Counted from the whole stretch's first letter, positions 13,761 to 25,646 are shown. The stretch is 63,702 bases of DNA, filler included, from Rhizaria sp. SCN 62-66 (GCA_001724265.1; 4 parts of 4 records of this genome joined end to end with filler, not necessarily neighbours in it); one strand, 5' to 3'. A program made the numbers and translations. The notes: generated from the sequence alone by a model not told the origin.

Positions 13761-14424
13761 CAGAGTTAGGGCTTGAGCTCGAGCTAGAGCTGTTGTACAT
13801 GTTCGCGCTGGCGTTACTCGGAGTGGAGACAGGTTGAATGGGGCCAAATACAATGCCCCGCATCCCCCCTTTGTGCTTGCCAGTGCGGCTCGACTCAGAA
13901 GCATCGGCGGCGTTAGAGCTAGAGCTCGCGCCGTTGCTTGTGCTGTTGTTGTACAAAGCCGGGAGCACAGCAGGAGGCACAGCGCTGCCGTAGCTACTGT
14001 TCACGCCGCTGTTGTTGCTACTGCCCGCAACATTGCCGTTGTTGCCCTCGCCGGTCGGGGCGAGCGTGCCCGCGGCCGAGGCGGGGGCGGGGGCATAGGG
14101 CCTGCCGGAAGTCGACACCGCGGCGGCCGTCACGCGGTCGATCTTGGCTGTCTGGCGCCGGATGTTCGCCGTCGCCGCGTGTGTCGACCGCGGCACGCTA
14201 CCGGCGGCGTTCGCGCCAGAGACGGAGCCAAGGGCGGCGGCAGCGGTGGTTGTAGAGGGCGTGAACGGGTAGGGATCGGCGGAGGCGGCGTCAGGGGGCA
14301 GAAAGCGCCATTTCACATCCATCAGAGGTGTGTGCAGAAGCGGGGTGCCACGCATAGAGCTCGTTGCCGTCGAAAGAGCGTATGGGGATGATGACGATGC
14401 GTGGGGGCGCGAGGGGTGGCTCAT
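9141..14424 (-). CDS. Large Ala/Gly/Asn-rich hypothetical protein with an apparent frameshift at the (AAC)n tract near 13760
   Basis: The ATG-initiated frame (14424 to about 13761) and the long frame (about 13760 to 9141, stop TAA) each have host-like codon usage only on their own side of the microsatellite. Short globular islands: LRNEAREIRRRGYGAWYVQPRLWEP and LQDLLPTLPIARALKHHLL. Confidence 0.7.
12995..13047 (-). repeat. (AAC)n microsatellite encoding poly-Asn
   Basis: (GTT)n run on the plus strand. Confidence 0.95.
13663..13760 (-). repeat. (AAC)n microsatellite of about 30 units (poly-Asn, or poly-Gln in the upstream frame)
   Basis: (GTT)n run on the plus strand, coinciding with the frame switch. 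Confidence 0.95.
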
Positions 14425-14919
14425 GGTGAGCTGGGGAAGCGTAGAGGAATGCGCAGTGGCAGAGAGAGAAACGGAAACACGCGAGAGATCTGTCCAAGGG
14501 AGAGAGGAGCTGTAAAGAAAATGTTAAATACAGAATTTTAGTATTAGCAAACCTATTTTCTCATGGCGTCAAGATATCCTTGCTGGCGATTGAAGGAGTG
14601 AGAACTTCGCCTTTTTGTTAAGCGATCGTTTCTTGCTTGACCTGGTCATCAATGGTATGTCTTGATGATGAGGCTTACATAATCACGTCGTCCATCTATC
14701 TTCATGCTAGTTATTGCTATCGTTTTCAAAGCCATTGTCATCATAAATATATTTATACATTTATTTGATATTCGCTCTATCGTGTACAATCCCGCTTCAA
14801 ACTCTCTAAGTCGACCCTCGAAGTGACAGAATCATCAGGCTCACTTTTCCAAATTCATATGAATCTTTTTCGACACAGTCACATTTTATTTTGACATCTA
14901 ATATCCTTGACACTGGAGA

Positions 14920-15951
14920 ATGCAAGCTATCATCGATGTCCGTCGCGGTGGCCAGGATGCAGCACAGCTGACTGTGCTTGTGACGAAGGATGGTGCTCTC
15001 TACACTGGCGCAGTTTCGAGTAAGCGTCACGGCGATGGCCGCTGCAAGTTCTCCGACGGCCGCGTGTACGAGGGCTCTTGGGTTGACGACGTGTGTCATG
15101 GCCATGGTAAGATGACATTTCCCTGCGGCAAAGTGTATGAGGGTGAGTGGGCTAACGGCATGCGCAGCTCTGGTAAGATGACCTACGCCAATGGCCCAGT
15201 ATTAGTGTACGACGGCCAATGGGCCAACAACAGTCCGCACGGTATCGGAAAGGTAACTTACGCTGGCGGTTACGTGTATGACGGCGAGTTGGCTCGCGGC
15301 AAGAGGTGCGGTCAAGGCAAGATGACCTTCCCTGATGGTGCGGTCTATTAATATGACGGCGCGTGGGCTGACAGGAGGTGCGGTCAAGGCAAGATGACCT
15401 ACGCCGACGGCGACGTTTACGAAGGCGAGTGGACTGACGGCGAGCATAACGGAGAAGGGACCATGTGGTACTACAACGGCAATGTGTACGAGGGCTCATG
15501 GCGATCCGGGTTGCGCGCGGGCCGGGGTAAGTGTACGTTTGCGAACGGCGGCTACTACAAAGGTCAGTGGGAGGATGATGCGATGTCCGGCAAGGGCAAG
15601 CGCGTATACGGCGATGGTAAGCGCATCTACAAAGGCATGTTCAGGCACGGTAAGCGCAATGGAAGGGGTGTGTGCCACTACGACGCGTCATACAAGTGGA
15701 CGTCGTTTGATGGCGTCTGGATTTCCGACGGGTGGAACGAGGGGAAGATCACGTACAATAATGGCGACACATATAACGGCAAGACTTGCGGCTTTCGGCG
15801 CCATGGAACAGGCACCCATAGGTGGGCCAACGGTGACACATATGAGGGAGAGTGGGTGAAAGACATGCGCGAAGGTCAGGGCACGTGCACTTACAGTGGC
15901 CGTGACATCATCAGTGGCATTTGGAAGGAGGACAAACTTGTGAACGTGTAA
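14920..15951 (+). CDS. MORN-repeat protein interrupted by an in-frame TAA at 15349-15351 (pseudogene, or rescued by a small intron)
   Basis: ORFs 14920-15351 and 15394-15951 are in the same frame. Repeated YxGxWxxGxxxGxGxxxYxxG units run across the TAA (DGAVY*YDGAW). Final stop TAA. Confidence 0.85.
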
Positions 15952-16409
15952 CTCAAAATGAGAGGAACAACTTTATATACTGATATCTAGCGATCTATTT
16001 TACATATAAGCTTAAAATACAACACATATGACATTTGAACTCATCGGACAGGACGATAAATCATGAGTGGCAGGGCAGGTATTTATGTACGTACATGTAA
16101 ACACAGTTATCACCAAGCGATATTTTCACGTGACAATAACGCACGTCTGACAATAAATTAAGTTATCAATCTATGACAATATACAAGTTGTTAAGTCCAA
16201 TGTGGCTCAGATGCGCTTAGCTCATAGTTGCATGATAAGCTTATAACACAACTTGCTACACCCAAAAATAAGATTAGATCACAATGTTTAAACTATGTTA
16301 ACATCGGTGTATTCGAATATATTAAGAGTCTCTTAATTTACATATAAAAGCTATCTATCCTGTCGATTCTGTTATGAAATTAAACATATCCAGTTACGCT
16401 CCGCAGCAC

Positions 16410-19121
16410 TTACTCTGACCGCTTCTTGATCTTGATTTCCAGTCCAGTCCTCATATCGATGAAGCGTCCGTCCTTGGTCTTCTTGACCCGCACCTTATTC
16501 TTGACCTTATCTGGCGCTGGCACAGCCTTCCTCGGCGTGGGTACGGGCTCCGGCTCGGGCTCCGACTCCGTCTCTGGCTCCGGCGGCGGCGGCGGCGGCT
16601 TGGTCACGACTGGCCGCGGGGCCGGCGCGGGGATCGGGCTCCGCGCCTTGGTGTTCTCCTCCTCCTCGTACTCCTTGTCCGTCTTCCTCCTGCGGGGCGA
16701 TGCCATGGCCGAGACCAGCGGCTCCGGGTCCGACTCCGAGTCTGCCACCACGGGCAGCTTCGCCGGGATCTTGACGAAGCTGGCCGACGTGTTGACCGGC
16801 GTCTTGGGCGGCGCAGGCTTCGGCTTCGGCTTCTCGTCCTCCGAGTCAGTGTCGCTGAGGAAGCGGCGCGCGCCGGCAGCCTTGGCAGCCTTCTCCGCCT
16901 TGGCCTTCTCGGCCTTCTCTTTGCGCGCCTTCTCGAGCTCGCGCTCACGCTCCCGCTCCCGCTCGCGCTCGCGCTCTTTCTCGCGCTGCCGCTCGCGCTC
17001 CTTTTCGCGCTCGCGCTCTTTCTCCCGCTCCGCCGCGCGCGCCGCGGCGGCCTCAGCGCGCGCGGCTGTGCGCCGGCCGCTGCTCTCGCCGGGCGACGCC
17101 ACGGGGATCGGCACAGGCACGGCCGCGGGCTTCGGCTCCGGCTTTGGCTCGGGCGCAGGCTTCGGCTTCGGCGGCGCCGGGGCCACCACGGGCGCGGGCG
17201 CGGGTGCCACGGGGATGACGGGCTTCCGGTCGCCGCGCGCCGCCGCCCGCGCCTCGGCCGCCGCAGCCGCCGCGACGGCGGCCGCGCGCGCCGCGGCGGC
17301 TGCGACGGCGTCGCGGTGACGCTCGGCCTCGGCCTTGGCCTCGCGCGCGCGCGCAGCCGCTGCGGCCGCACTACGCTCGCGCTGCGCGCGCTCCGCTGCG
17401 GCCGCCGCGGCCAGCACTGCGGCGCGCGCGCGCTTGCTGGCGCCAGCCGCGGGCGGCGCGAAGGACTGGAACAGGCACGCGCACGCCGCGACGGCGTCGC
17501 CGACCGCTTTGTCGAGCGCGGCGGGCGTCATGGGCGTGTCAGTGGCAAGCGCCTGCGCTGCCGCGGCGGCGGCCGCGGTCGCGGCGGCCGTGGCGCTGGT
17601 GCTGGTGGGATAGCACGGCGCGAGCCCCGCCGTGACGGCGGCGGCTGCGGCCGAGGCGGCGGCGTTGGCCGTGGCGGTGTCGTCGCCCGCCGCGAGCAGC
17701 GCCTGGCGGACCTTGTCGGCCAGCTTCTCGCCCTCGGGGCTGAAGCAGCCGCTCACGATGCCGGTGCTGTTCAAGCTACTCTTTGAAGAGCTCGAGCTCG
17801 AGCTGGAGCTGGAGAGCGAGAGCGAAGACAGCGAGCCTGCGTTGCGCGAGCTGGTGGGTGTGAAGGCCGCCGCCTCGGCCGCAGCCGCCTCGGTCGCCGC
17901 GTCAAGCACCATCTCCAGCTCCTCGAGCCGCGTGATGGCGGCGGGCCCCGCGGCGGCGGGCCCCAGCACCAGCCGGAGCACGCGCGCCTCGAGTCGCAGC
18001 TGGTCGCAGCCGCGCGCACCGAGCTGCGGCAGCTGCGTCGCGGCCACGGCCAGCGCGCCCGCCGCGTGCGCCGCGAGCGCGCGCAGCAGCGGCCGCGTCA
18101 CGCGCGAGCGCGAGAGCACCGCGTCGCCGTGCGCGGCCGAGAGCTCCAGCAGCAGCGACGTGAGGTACGGGCGCGGGGCCGTGACGGGGTGCGCCGCGCC
18201 GTGCTGCCAGGGCAGGCCGGACCGCAGCACGCCGTTGGTCACGATCGCTGTGATGGCCTGCGACTTGACCGAGAGGATGGCGTTGTATAGCAGCGTCTGC
18301 AGCGTCACGAAACGTGACGTGACGTACCGGTACCCCAGGTCCACCGACTGCGTGACCCATGCGCCGCCCAAGTCGCTGCCGCTGTCGCCGTCGTCGCGCG
18401 GCCGGCCCGGCGTGCCCCTGCTGCCGCCGCGGGTCTTGGTGTTGCCCTCAGCGCAGATGGCCGCGGCGGCGGCCCAGAGCCGGGGCAGCACGGCGGTCAG
18501 CACGAAGGTCGTGTTGCGCAACAGCAGCTGCAGCCGCCGGTCCCAGTCCTCGCCGACCACGCTCGCGCTGCCGCCGCCGCTGCCGCCGCCCGCGCCGCCG
18601 CTGCTGTCGATCGCGCCGCCAGAGCCCGCGCCGGCGCCGCCCGGGGCCGCTGCGGCGGTGCTGCTGCGGAGACTGAGCCCGAGGCCGAGCCCGGCGTAGA
18701 CGGTGCAGTAGCCCGCGCCGCCGCCGCTGCCGCCGCTGCCGCCCCCGCCGTCACCGCCCGCGCTGCCCGCACCCGCGGCGCCGTTGATGAGCCCCGAGTT
18801 GGTGAGGTGGCCGCTGGTGGCGCTGGTGAGCGCGTTGATGTTGTTGCTGCCGCTGCTGTTGCTCGACGCCGTGCCCGCCGCAGCCGAGGCGGCGGCGGCA
18901 GCGGCGGCGGCGGCGGCGTGCGCGCGCGCGTGCGCCAGCGGCTCGAAGGCGAGGCTGTGCGTGACGTCGGCGTAGGCGAGCAGCATCTCGGCCACAAGAG
19001 GCAGCAGCAGGCGCGGCAGCCAGCGCGGCGGGCGCGGAGCTGCGCGCGGGGCCGCCTGCTGCGCCTGTTCGATGGCCGCGGCGGCGATGTCGCGGAACAG
19101 CAGCGGAAGACTGGTGATGCC
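16410..19121 (-). CDS. EXOC2: Exocyst subunit Sec5/EXOC2-like, C-terminal part, 5' truncated at the contig end, with a long Pro-rich and charged tail
   Basis: Open to the contig edge. RRLQLLLRN...LPRLW and GVLRSGLPW...PRPYLTSLLLELSAAHGDA...RPLLRAL...GCDQLRLEARVLRLVL resemble the Sec5 C-terminal helical bundle (DW...VRxYLxEALxxLxxVHAEV...GxLQAxLE). Recognised from memory, not by search. Stop TAA. Confidence 0.7.
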   Translation of the reverse strand, partial: GITSLPLLFRDIAAAAIEQAQQAAPRAAPRPPRWLPRLLLPLVAEMLLAYADVTHSLAFEPLAHARAHAAAAAAAAAASAAAGTASSNSSGSNNINALTSATSGHLTNSGLINGAAGAGSAGGDGGGGSGGSGGGAGYCTVYAGLGLGLSLRSSTAAAAPGGAGAGSGGAIDSSGGAGGGSGGGSASVVGEDWDRRLQLLLRNTTFVLTAVLPRLWAAAAAICAEGNTKTRGGSRGTPGRPRDDGDSGSDLGGAWVTQSVDLGYRYVTSRFVTLQTLLYNAILSVKSQAITAIVTNGVLRSGLPWQHGAAHPVTAPRPYLTSLLLELSAAHGDAVLSRSRVTRPLLRALAAHAAGALAVAATQLPQLGARGCDQLRLEARVLRLVLGPAAAGPAAITRLEELEMVLDAATEAAAAEAAAFTPTSSRNAGSLSSLSLSSSSSSSSSSKSSLNSTGIVSGCFSPEGEKLADKVRQALLAAGDDTATANAAASAAAAAVTAGLAPCYPTSTSATAAATAAAAAAAQALATDTPMTPAALDKAVGDAVAACACLFQSFAPPAAGASKRARAAVLAAAAAAERAQRERSAAAAAARAREAKAEAERHRDAVAAAAARAAAVAAAAAAEARAAARGDRKPVIPVAPAPAPVVAPAPPKPKPAPEPKPEPKPAAVPVPIPVASPGESSGRRTAARAEAAAARAAEREKEREREKERERQREKERERERERERERELEKARKEKAEKAKAEKAAKAAGARRFLSDTDSEDEKPKPKPAPPKTPVNTSASFVKIPAKLPVVADSESDPEPLVSAMASPRRRKTDKEYEEEENTKARSPIPAPAPRPVVTKPPPPPPEPETESEPEPEPVPTPRKAVPAPDKVKNKVRVKKTKDGRFIDMRTGLEIKIKKRSE

Positions 19122-19221
19122 NNNNNNNNNNNNNNNNNNNNNNNNNNNNNNNNNNNNNNNNNNNNTTAATTAATTAANNNNNNNNNNNNNNNNNNNNNNN
19201 NNNNNNNNNNNNNNNNNNNNN
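19122..19221. other. Artificial contig spacer (N44-TTAATTAATTAA-N44)
   Basis: Six-frame stop linker flanked by Ns. Confidence 0.99.
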
Positions 19222-22200
19222 CCGCCGCGGCCGCCGAGACCCCGAGCGGCATCGTCGCGGCGCTGGCTGCGTCGCAGCGCGCGCTGGCGGGCGACGGCGC
19301 CGCGGCGGCCGTGTCGCCCGCGGAAGCGCTGGCGCGCGTGACTGCCGCGACACAGGCGCTGAGGGCGTCGGAGCGGGCGCGCGCGGCCGCCGAGGGCGAC
19401 CTGGCGCGGCTGCGCGCTGAACTGGAGTCGCGGCGCCCAGCGCTGCTGGAGCAGAAGCAGCAGCTGCAGCGCCTGACACAGGCGCACGCGGCGCAGTCGG
19501 TGCAGCTGCAGCACGCGACGGCGCGCGCGGAGTCCGCCGAGGCCGAGCTGGCCGCGCTGCGCAGCACCACCGAGCGCGCGACGGCGACGGCCGCGGCCGC
19601 CGAGGCTGAGGCCACGGACCTGGCGCGGCAGGTGCGCGCGCTGCTGCGTGCGCAGGTGCAGCAGGGCGACGCGGCGCTCGTGCGCGCCGTGGAGCAGCGC
19701 GCCGCGACGGGCGCCGCGCCGGCCGACGTGGCCGTGTCGGAGCGGCTCGTGCTCTTCGACAGCGTCGACGAGCTGCAGCGGCGCAACCAGCAGCTGCTTG
19801 TGCTCGCGCGCCGCCTCGCGGCCCAGGTCGAGGGTGCCAAGCGCGAGCGCGAGGAGACGGCCGCCGCGCTGGCCGCCGCCAGGCAGGATGCCGCAAAGGC
19901 GGAGCAGTTGCTGGCGGTGGTGGACCAGCTGCAGCAGCAGCGCACTGGGCTTGAGACGCGGCTCCGCGCGCTCGAGCAGAGCCAGAGGTCGGGCCGTGCA
20001 CGCAGGCAGTCGATGAGCGACGAAGGCAATGCCGACGCCATTAACGCCGACTCCGACGACGCTGCCAACCAGCAGCAACAACAGGGCGGCAACAACAATG
20101 CCGACGGCGCCGGCGCCTTTGCCGCGGGCACCGGCTCCGCGTCCGTCGCGGCCGCCGTCTCTGCCAGTGCGGCCAAGGCCGTCTCCGAGGCCGAGCTCAG
20201 GGCCAGCATCACGCTCGTTCAAGTCGAGGCGCGGCTCTCGACGTCGCAGTCCGACCTGGCGGCGGCGCGCGCGCGGCTGGCTGAGTTGGCGGCCGCGGCC
20301 GACGCCGCGCACGCCGACGCGGCCGCGGCGCGCGAGGAGCTGGCCGCCACCACGGCCGCCGCGCGCGCCGAGGCCGCCGAGGCGGAGCGCGACGCGGCCC
20401 TGCTGCGGCAGCAGGTCGACTCGGAGCGCGACGCCGCCGTGGAGCTGCGTCTGCGCCTCGCGCGCGCGGAGGCTGAGGCCCGCAGCGCGGCCGAGGCGGC
20501 GGGCCAGCTGCGGCAGCGGCTCGAGGCCGTGGCGGCCGACGCGGCCGAGGTGCAGTCTGCGCACGCGGCGCTGCAGCTCGCGCTCAACCGCACGCATGCC
20601 GAGCTGGAGAGCGCCGTCGCCGCGCGCGCCGCCGCCGAGGACGCCGCGCGCACCGCCCGCGACGAGCTGGAGCGCGCGCGGACGGCGCTGGCGGCCGCGG
20701 CCGAGGCCGAGACGCGCCTGGGCCGCGAGAACGCGGTGCTGGCGGCGCGTATGGAGCGCCAGGAGGCGCTGCTCGCGTCGATGCAGAGCGTACAGACGAC
20801 GCTCAAGGAGGCCGACCTGGACCTCAAGCGGCGCCTCATCGCTGAGAAGGACGACGCGCGCACCGATGCCGTGGCCGCGCGCCGTGCGCTCGAGGACGAG
20901 CGCGTGCGGGCCCGCGAGGCCGTCGCCGCCGCCGAGGCCGAGGCCGCCGCGGCGCGCGCGCGCGCCCAAGACGCCTCCGCGGCCGCGACCGCCGCGGGCG
21001 CCGAAGTGGCCCGCCTGACGGCACAGGTGGCGCACGCCGAGGCCGACGCGGCGCGGCAGAACGCGCTCATCGCCGACCTGGAGGAGCGCGTGACCGCCGC
21101 GGTGCTCTCGGCTACGAGCGCGAGCGGCGCCAGCGCCGGCGCGCTCACCCCGCGCTCACTGTCCGGTGTGGCCCACCACAGTGGCGGCGGCGGGGAGACG
21201 CCCCGCGCGGCGGCCGAGGCGGAGCGCCAGCGTGCGCGCGCCGCCGCGGCCGACGCCGAGGCCGCGCGCGCGGCGGCGGCGCTGTCGGCGGCGACCGCGG
21301 AGCTGGACGAGACGCGCGCGCTGCTGGACGCGGCGCACGCGCTGGCCCGCGGACACGAGGCCGCGCTCACCGAGCTTACGGCGCGCGCCGCCGAGGCCGA
21401 GGTCGAGCACGCGCGCGAGGCCGCCGAGCTGCGTGCCGCCCGCGAGGGGCTCACGGCGCGCGTCGAGACGCTGCTCGCGCAGTGCAGGGAGGCCGACGCT
21501 GCTGTGGACACCGCCAGGTACGGACGCGAACGAAACAAGACTTAAACAATGCAGAATTAAACAATGCTTTTTCAATGATGTATATTTCAGTCATGTTTAT
21601 TTTGATGTCTTTTTCCCCACGTTTTTCACATTAAATATTTTTTCTTATCTTTTGTTTCTTTTCTTTTGTTTAGGGCTGCTGCGGAGGACCAGCGCGCGGC
21701 CCTGGAGGCTGCCAAGGCTTCCGCGGCTAAGACGGTCGCGGCGCACCAGGAGGACGCGGCCGCGGCGCGCGCCGAGACGGAGCGCGCGCAGGCGCAGCTG
21801 AAGGAGGCCTCGGAGGCGACACTAGCGGCGCAAGCCAACTACCAGCGCGAGCTGCGGCAGCACGCGGCGACGGTGGCCGCGCTCGACGCTGCGCGCGCCG
21901 ACGCCGCCGCCGCGCGCGACGCCGCGGGCGCCGAGACGGTCGCGCTCAAGGACGCGCTCTCGGCCGCGCAGACGGCCGCGGCGACGGGCGAGATCAAGCT
22001 GCGCGCCGCCGAGGCCGCCGCGGCCGCGGCCGAGGCGCGCGCGGCGCAGGTGGCGGCGCAGAACGAACGGCTCATGGACAGCCTGGAGCTGCAGACGGCC
22101 GAGCAGCGCCGCAAGTACGTCGAGTCGGGCGAGTACGCTCCCTCCGCGGTCGCTGCTGCCGGAGCCGAGGCCGACGAGAACGGCGAGTCCGCCGAATCCA

Positions 22201-24532
22201 CCGAGTCCGCCCAGTCCGGTGAGTCCGGCGCGGCGGCGACCGACGCTGCCGAGGGTTCCGGTGCCGTGTCCGCGGCGTCGGCGCACGGGCTGAAGGAGGC
22301 ACTGTCTTTCCTGCGGCGCGAGAACGACGTGCGCACGCTCGAGACGAGCCGCGCGCGCCAGGAGGCGGCGGCGCTGCGCCACGAGGTGCAGCAGCGGGCC
22401 GCTGAGGCCGCCGCGCTGCGTGACAAGGTCGTGCGGCTCACGCTGCGCCTGCAGGAGTCCGAAGCGGAGCTCGGCTTTGACCTCGACGGCGCCGCCGACG
22501 ACGGCGACAACACCATGGGCGACGGCGACGGCGACAGCGCCAGCGCGGACGCCATGGCGACGCCGGCCAAGAGCGGCGCGGCGCGCTTCGGCGGCCGCAC
22601 GCCGGCTCGGTCGTCCCCCGGCTCAGCGTCAGCGTCCTCGTCCTCCGCGGCCGCCGCCGCCGCCGCGGCCGCCGACTCGGCGAACCAGATCACGCTGATC
22701 CGCGAGTCCAACGTGGTGCTGCGCAACGACGCCGCGGCGGCCCGCGCCCGCGCGCGCGCCGCCGAGGCCGCGACAGACGCGCTGCGGCGCGAGATGGCGC
22801 CGCTCGAGGCGCGCGCGGCGGCGCTGGAGGGCGAGAAGGCCGCGCTGGAGCTGCGCGTGACGTCGCTCACGGGCGAACTGGCGCTGTGGCGGCAGCGCAA
22901 CAAGCACCTGCTCGAGGCGTACCAGCATGTGGACCCCGAGGTGCACGCGCAACTGCAGCGCGAGCGCGACGGGCTCGAGGCCAAGCTCGCCGCTGCCGTC
23001 GCCGCGCGCGCCACCGCCGAGGCCGCGGCCGCCGCGGGCGAGGCCGCCGCCGCGGCGGCCAGCGCGCGCGCAGCTGAGGCCGAGAAGCGCGTCGCCGTCG
23101 CCGCCGCCGAGGCCGCCGAGGCCGGCAGCGCGATCGCGGCCGCGACCGAGCGCGCCCGCCTGCTCACTCTGGCCGAGGCCGAGCTCAAGCAGCTGCGCGC
23201 GGATAAGGCCACGCTGGACCAGCGACTGGCGACCGCGCTCGCGGCGGCCGGCAGTACCGCGGGGCAGGGCTCCGCGGCGGCGGCGCTGGCGCGCGCGCTG
23301 GCGGCGGACAAGAAGGAGCTCGAGTCGCGTCTGCGCGGCGTCATCAGCGTCGGCAACAACCTCGAGGCGCAGCTGCAGGCGGCGACCGCGGCTGTGGCCG
23401 ACGCGGGCCGCGCGCTGACGGCTAAGACGGCGGCGCTGGCGGCGGCCACGGCGGCCGAGGCGGCGGCCGCGGCGCGCGTCAAGGCCGCCGAGGCGCGCGC
23501 GAGCGAGGCTGGCGAGGCGGCCGCGCGCGAGACGGCGGCGGCGACGCGCAGGGCCGAGGCGGCCGCGCGCGCGCTCGAGGCCGCGCGCGCCGAGGCCAGG
23601 GCCAGCGAGGCGAGGGCCGGCGCGGTGCAGAAGGAGCTCGCGGATGTCAAGGCCGCTTCCGCTGCTACTGCCGCCGCCGCCGCTGCTGCCGCCGCTGCCG
23701 TTGCTGCGCCTTCGCCTGCTGCCACTAAGCCTGTCGCCAAGCCCGGTAATGTTGCTGTGAGCAGCATCGGCGGCAGCGGCAGCGGCAGTAAGGACGAGGA
23801 GGAGGCCCAGCTGCCTCTGCCTGCCCCCTCATCCGCCCCCGCGCCCGCGACCTCGGCCCCCGCGCCCGCGCCTGGGGCTGCCTCGGCCAGCGCGTCCCGC
23901 AAGCGCCCGCTGGCTCTGGACACCAGCGCCGCCGCGACCGCCTCCGCCGCCGCTGCGGCGGCCGCCGCTGCGTCCGCGGCTGCCGGCGCCGCTGGGCCCG
24001 CCACGCCAGTCGCCGGCGCCGTCAAGCGGGCCCGTCCCGCGCCCGCTGCCGCCGCTGCCGCTGCGCCTGCCGCTGCGCCTGAACCTGCGCCTGCGCCCGT
24101 GTCGGTGCCTGCGGCGCCTGCGCCTGCGGCGACTGCGGCGACTACGACGACGGGCTCGACCTCGAGTTCGAGCTCGGGCGCCGCCTCGCCCGCTGCCGCC
24201 GCTGCGCCTGCTGCTGCTGGTGGTGGTGCGGCCCCGCCGCGCCGCCGCGTCATCGCGACCACGGCCCCTGCCGCCGCTGCGCCTGCCGCGGCCCTGCTCG
24301 CCGCCGCCGCGCCCGCCCCCGCCCTCGTCCCCGTCGTCGTCCCTGTGCCAGTGTCAATGCCAGCCTCGGCGACTGTGTCCGCGGTCGGCTCCGGTGCCGC
24401 GTCCCCCGCCGCTGCTCCCACTGCCGCCGCCGCCGCTGCCCCCGCCACTGAGATTGATGCTGATGCTTTCAGCACAAGCCTCACGGTGGAGGGCTCACCC
24501 CTCGCCGCGCCCGCTGCGCCCGCCGCAGCCGC

Positions 24533-24566
<34 letters not shown>

Positions 24567-25646
24567 GCGCGCGCCGCTGCCGCTGCTGAGCCGCAGCCGT
24601 CGCCGATGGCCAGCTTTGCGCCCGCGCCCGCGGCCGTGGCCGTCATGACTGACGCAGACGCGGAGGCCGAGGCCGAGGCTGAGGCTGCCGAGGAAGAGCA
24701 GGACCAGGAGCAGATGGTCGACGACGACGACGACGACGACACCGCTGCCGCCGTTTTTGACGCCGAGGCTGAGGCTGAGGCTGAAGTTGAAGCTGAGGCT
24801 GAGACCGAGACTGAGGCTGAGGCTGAGGCCGAAACTGAGGCCGAGAATGAGGCCGAGGTCGCGCCTGTGTTCGACTCCGAGGACGAGGCGACCGAGCACG
24901 AGCACGACGACGAGGCCGGCCAAGCGCAAGAGCGGGAGCAGGAGCGTGAGCAGCGCGACGGCGACGACAACGATGATCACGAGCTTGAGGGTACAGCCGA
25001 GTCTGAGGCCGAGGCCGAGGCTGAGGCCATGTCCGACACCGAGCAGGAGCGCGAGCAGGACGATTCTGCTGATGCTAATGCTGATGTTGATGCTGAAGCT
25101 GATGCTGAAGCTGATGCTGATGCTGATGCTGATGGCGATGCTGATGCAGAGGCTGATGCAGAGGCTGAAGCTGAGGCTGAGGCTGAGGCAGAGGCTGAGG
25201 ATGCTGATGCCGAGGCTGCGGCGAGTTCTGACTACGAGAACGACGGCGACGGCGACGGCGACGGCCAGAACCATGACCAGGCCGGCAACAGCAACAGCAA
25301 CGACCACAACGCGACTGAGCACCAAGAGCAGGAGCAGCAGCAGGATGATGAGGTTGAGGCTGAGGACGACGGTCTACCTTAGGCCGAGGCCGAGGCCGAG
25401 GCCGACGCCGACGCCGACGCTGACGCCGACGCTGACGCCGACGCTGACGCTGACGCTGACGCTGACGCTGACGCTGACGCTGACGCTGACGACGTCCAGG
25501 AGCAGGAACATGAGCAGGACGGTGCTGCAGCTGTTGACGCTGATGCTGATGCCGTGGAGGCCGAGGCTGCGGAGGCCGAGGCTGATGACGAGGAGCAGGA
25601 GCAGGAGCGTGACGACGAACTCTACGTCGACGAGGACGCGGCATAA
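19222..25646 (+). CDS. TPR: Nuclear basket nucleoporin TPR/Mlp1/NUA-like coiled-coil protein, 5' truncated; in-frame TAG at 25380-25382, probable true stop TAA at 25644-25646
   Basis: Exons <19222-21517 and 21674-25646 (intron GTACGG...TTTAG). TPR-family motifs LVLFDSVDELQRRNQQLL, AQANYQRELRQHA, LSFLRRENDV, QITLIRESNVVLRND and WRQRNKHLLEAYQHVDPE, followed by an acidic low-complexity tail. Confidence 0.88.
25383..25490 (+). repeat. GCYGAG/GCYGAC hexamer tandem repeat (Ala-Glu/Ala-Asp) downstream of the TAG
   Basis: gccgag x3, then gccgac/gctgac units, in the same phase and dipeptide style as the repeats at 24763-24845 and 25068-25215 upstream of the TAG. Confidence 0.9.

Noticed and set aside
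15349-15351. TAA as a second reassigned codon
   Set aside because: Single case, and TAA terminates every other gene; a nonsense mutation or a small intron explains it better.
19122-19221. TTAATTAATTAA palindrome flanked by Ns (three copies) as a biological repeat
   Set aside because: Identical 100-nt six-frame-stop linker used to concatenate contigs; adjacency across it has no meaning, and ORFs ending in XXX-LIN are artefacts.
21839-24970. 1043-aa antisense ORF and many similar shadow ORFs opposite GC-rich genes
   Set aside because: Expected mirror of Ala-rich, high-GC3 coding sequence lacking TTA/CTA/TCA codons; no domain-like content.
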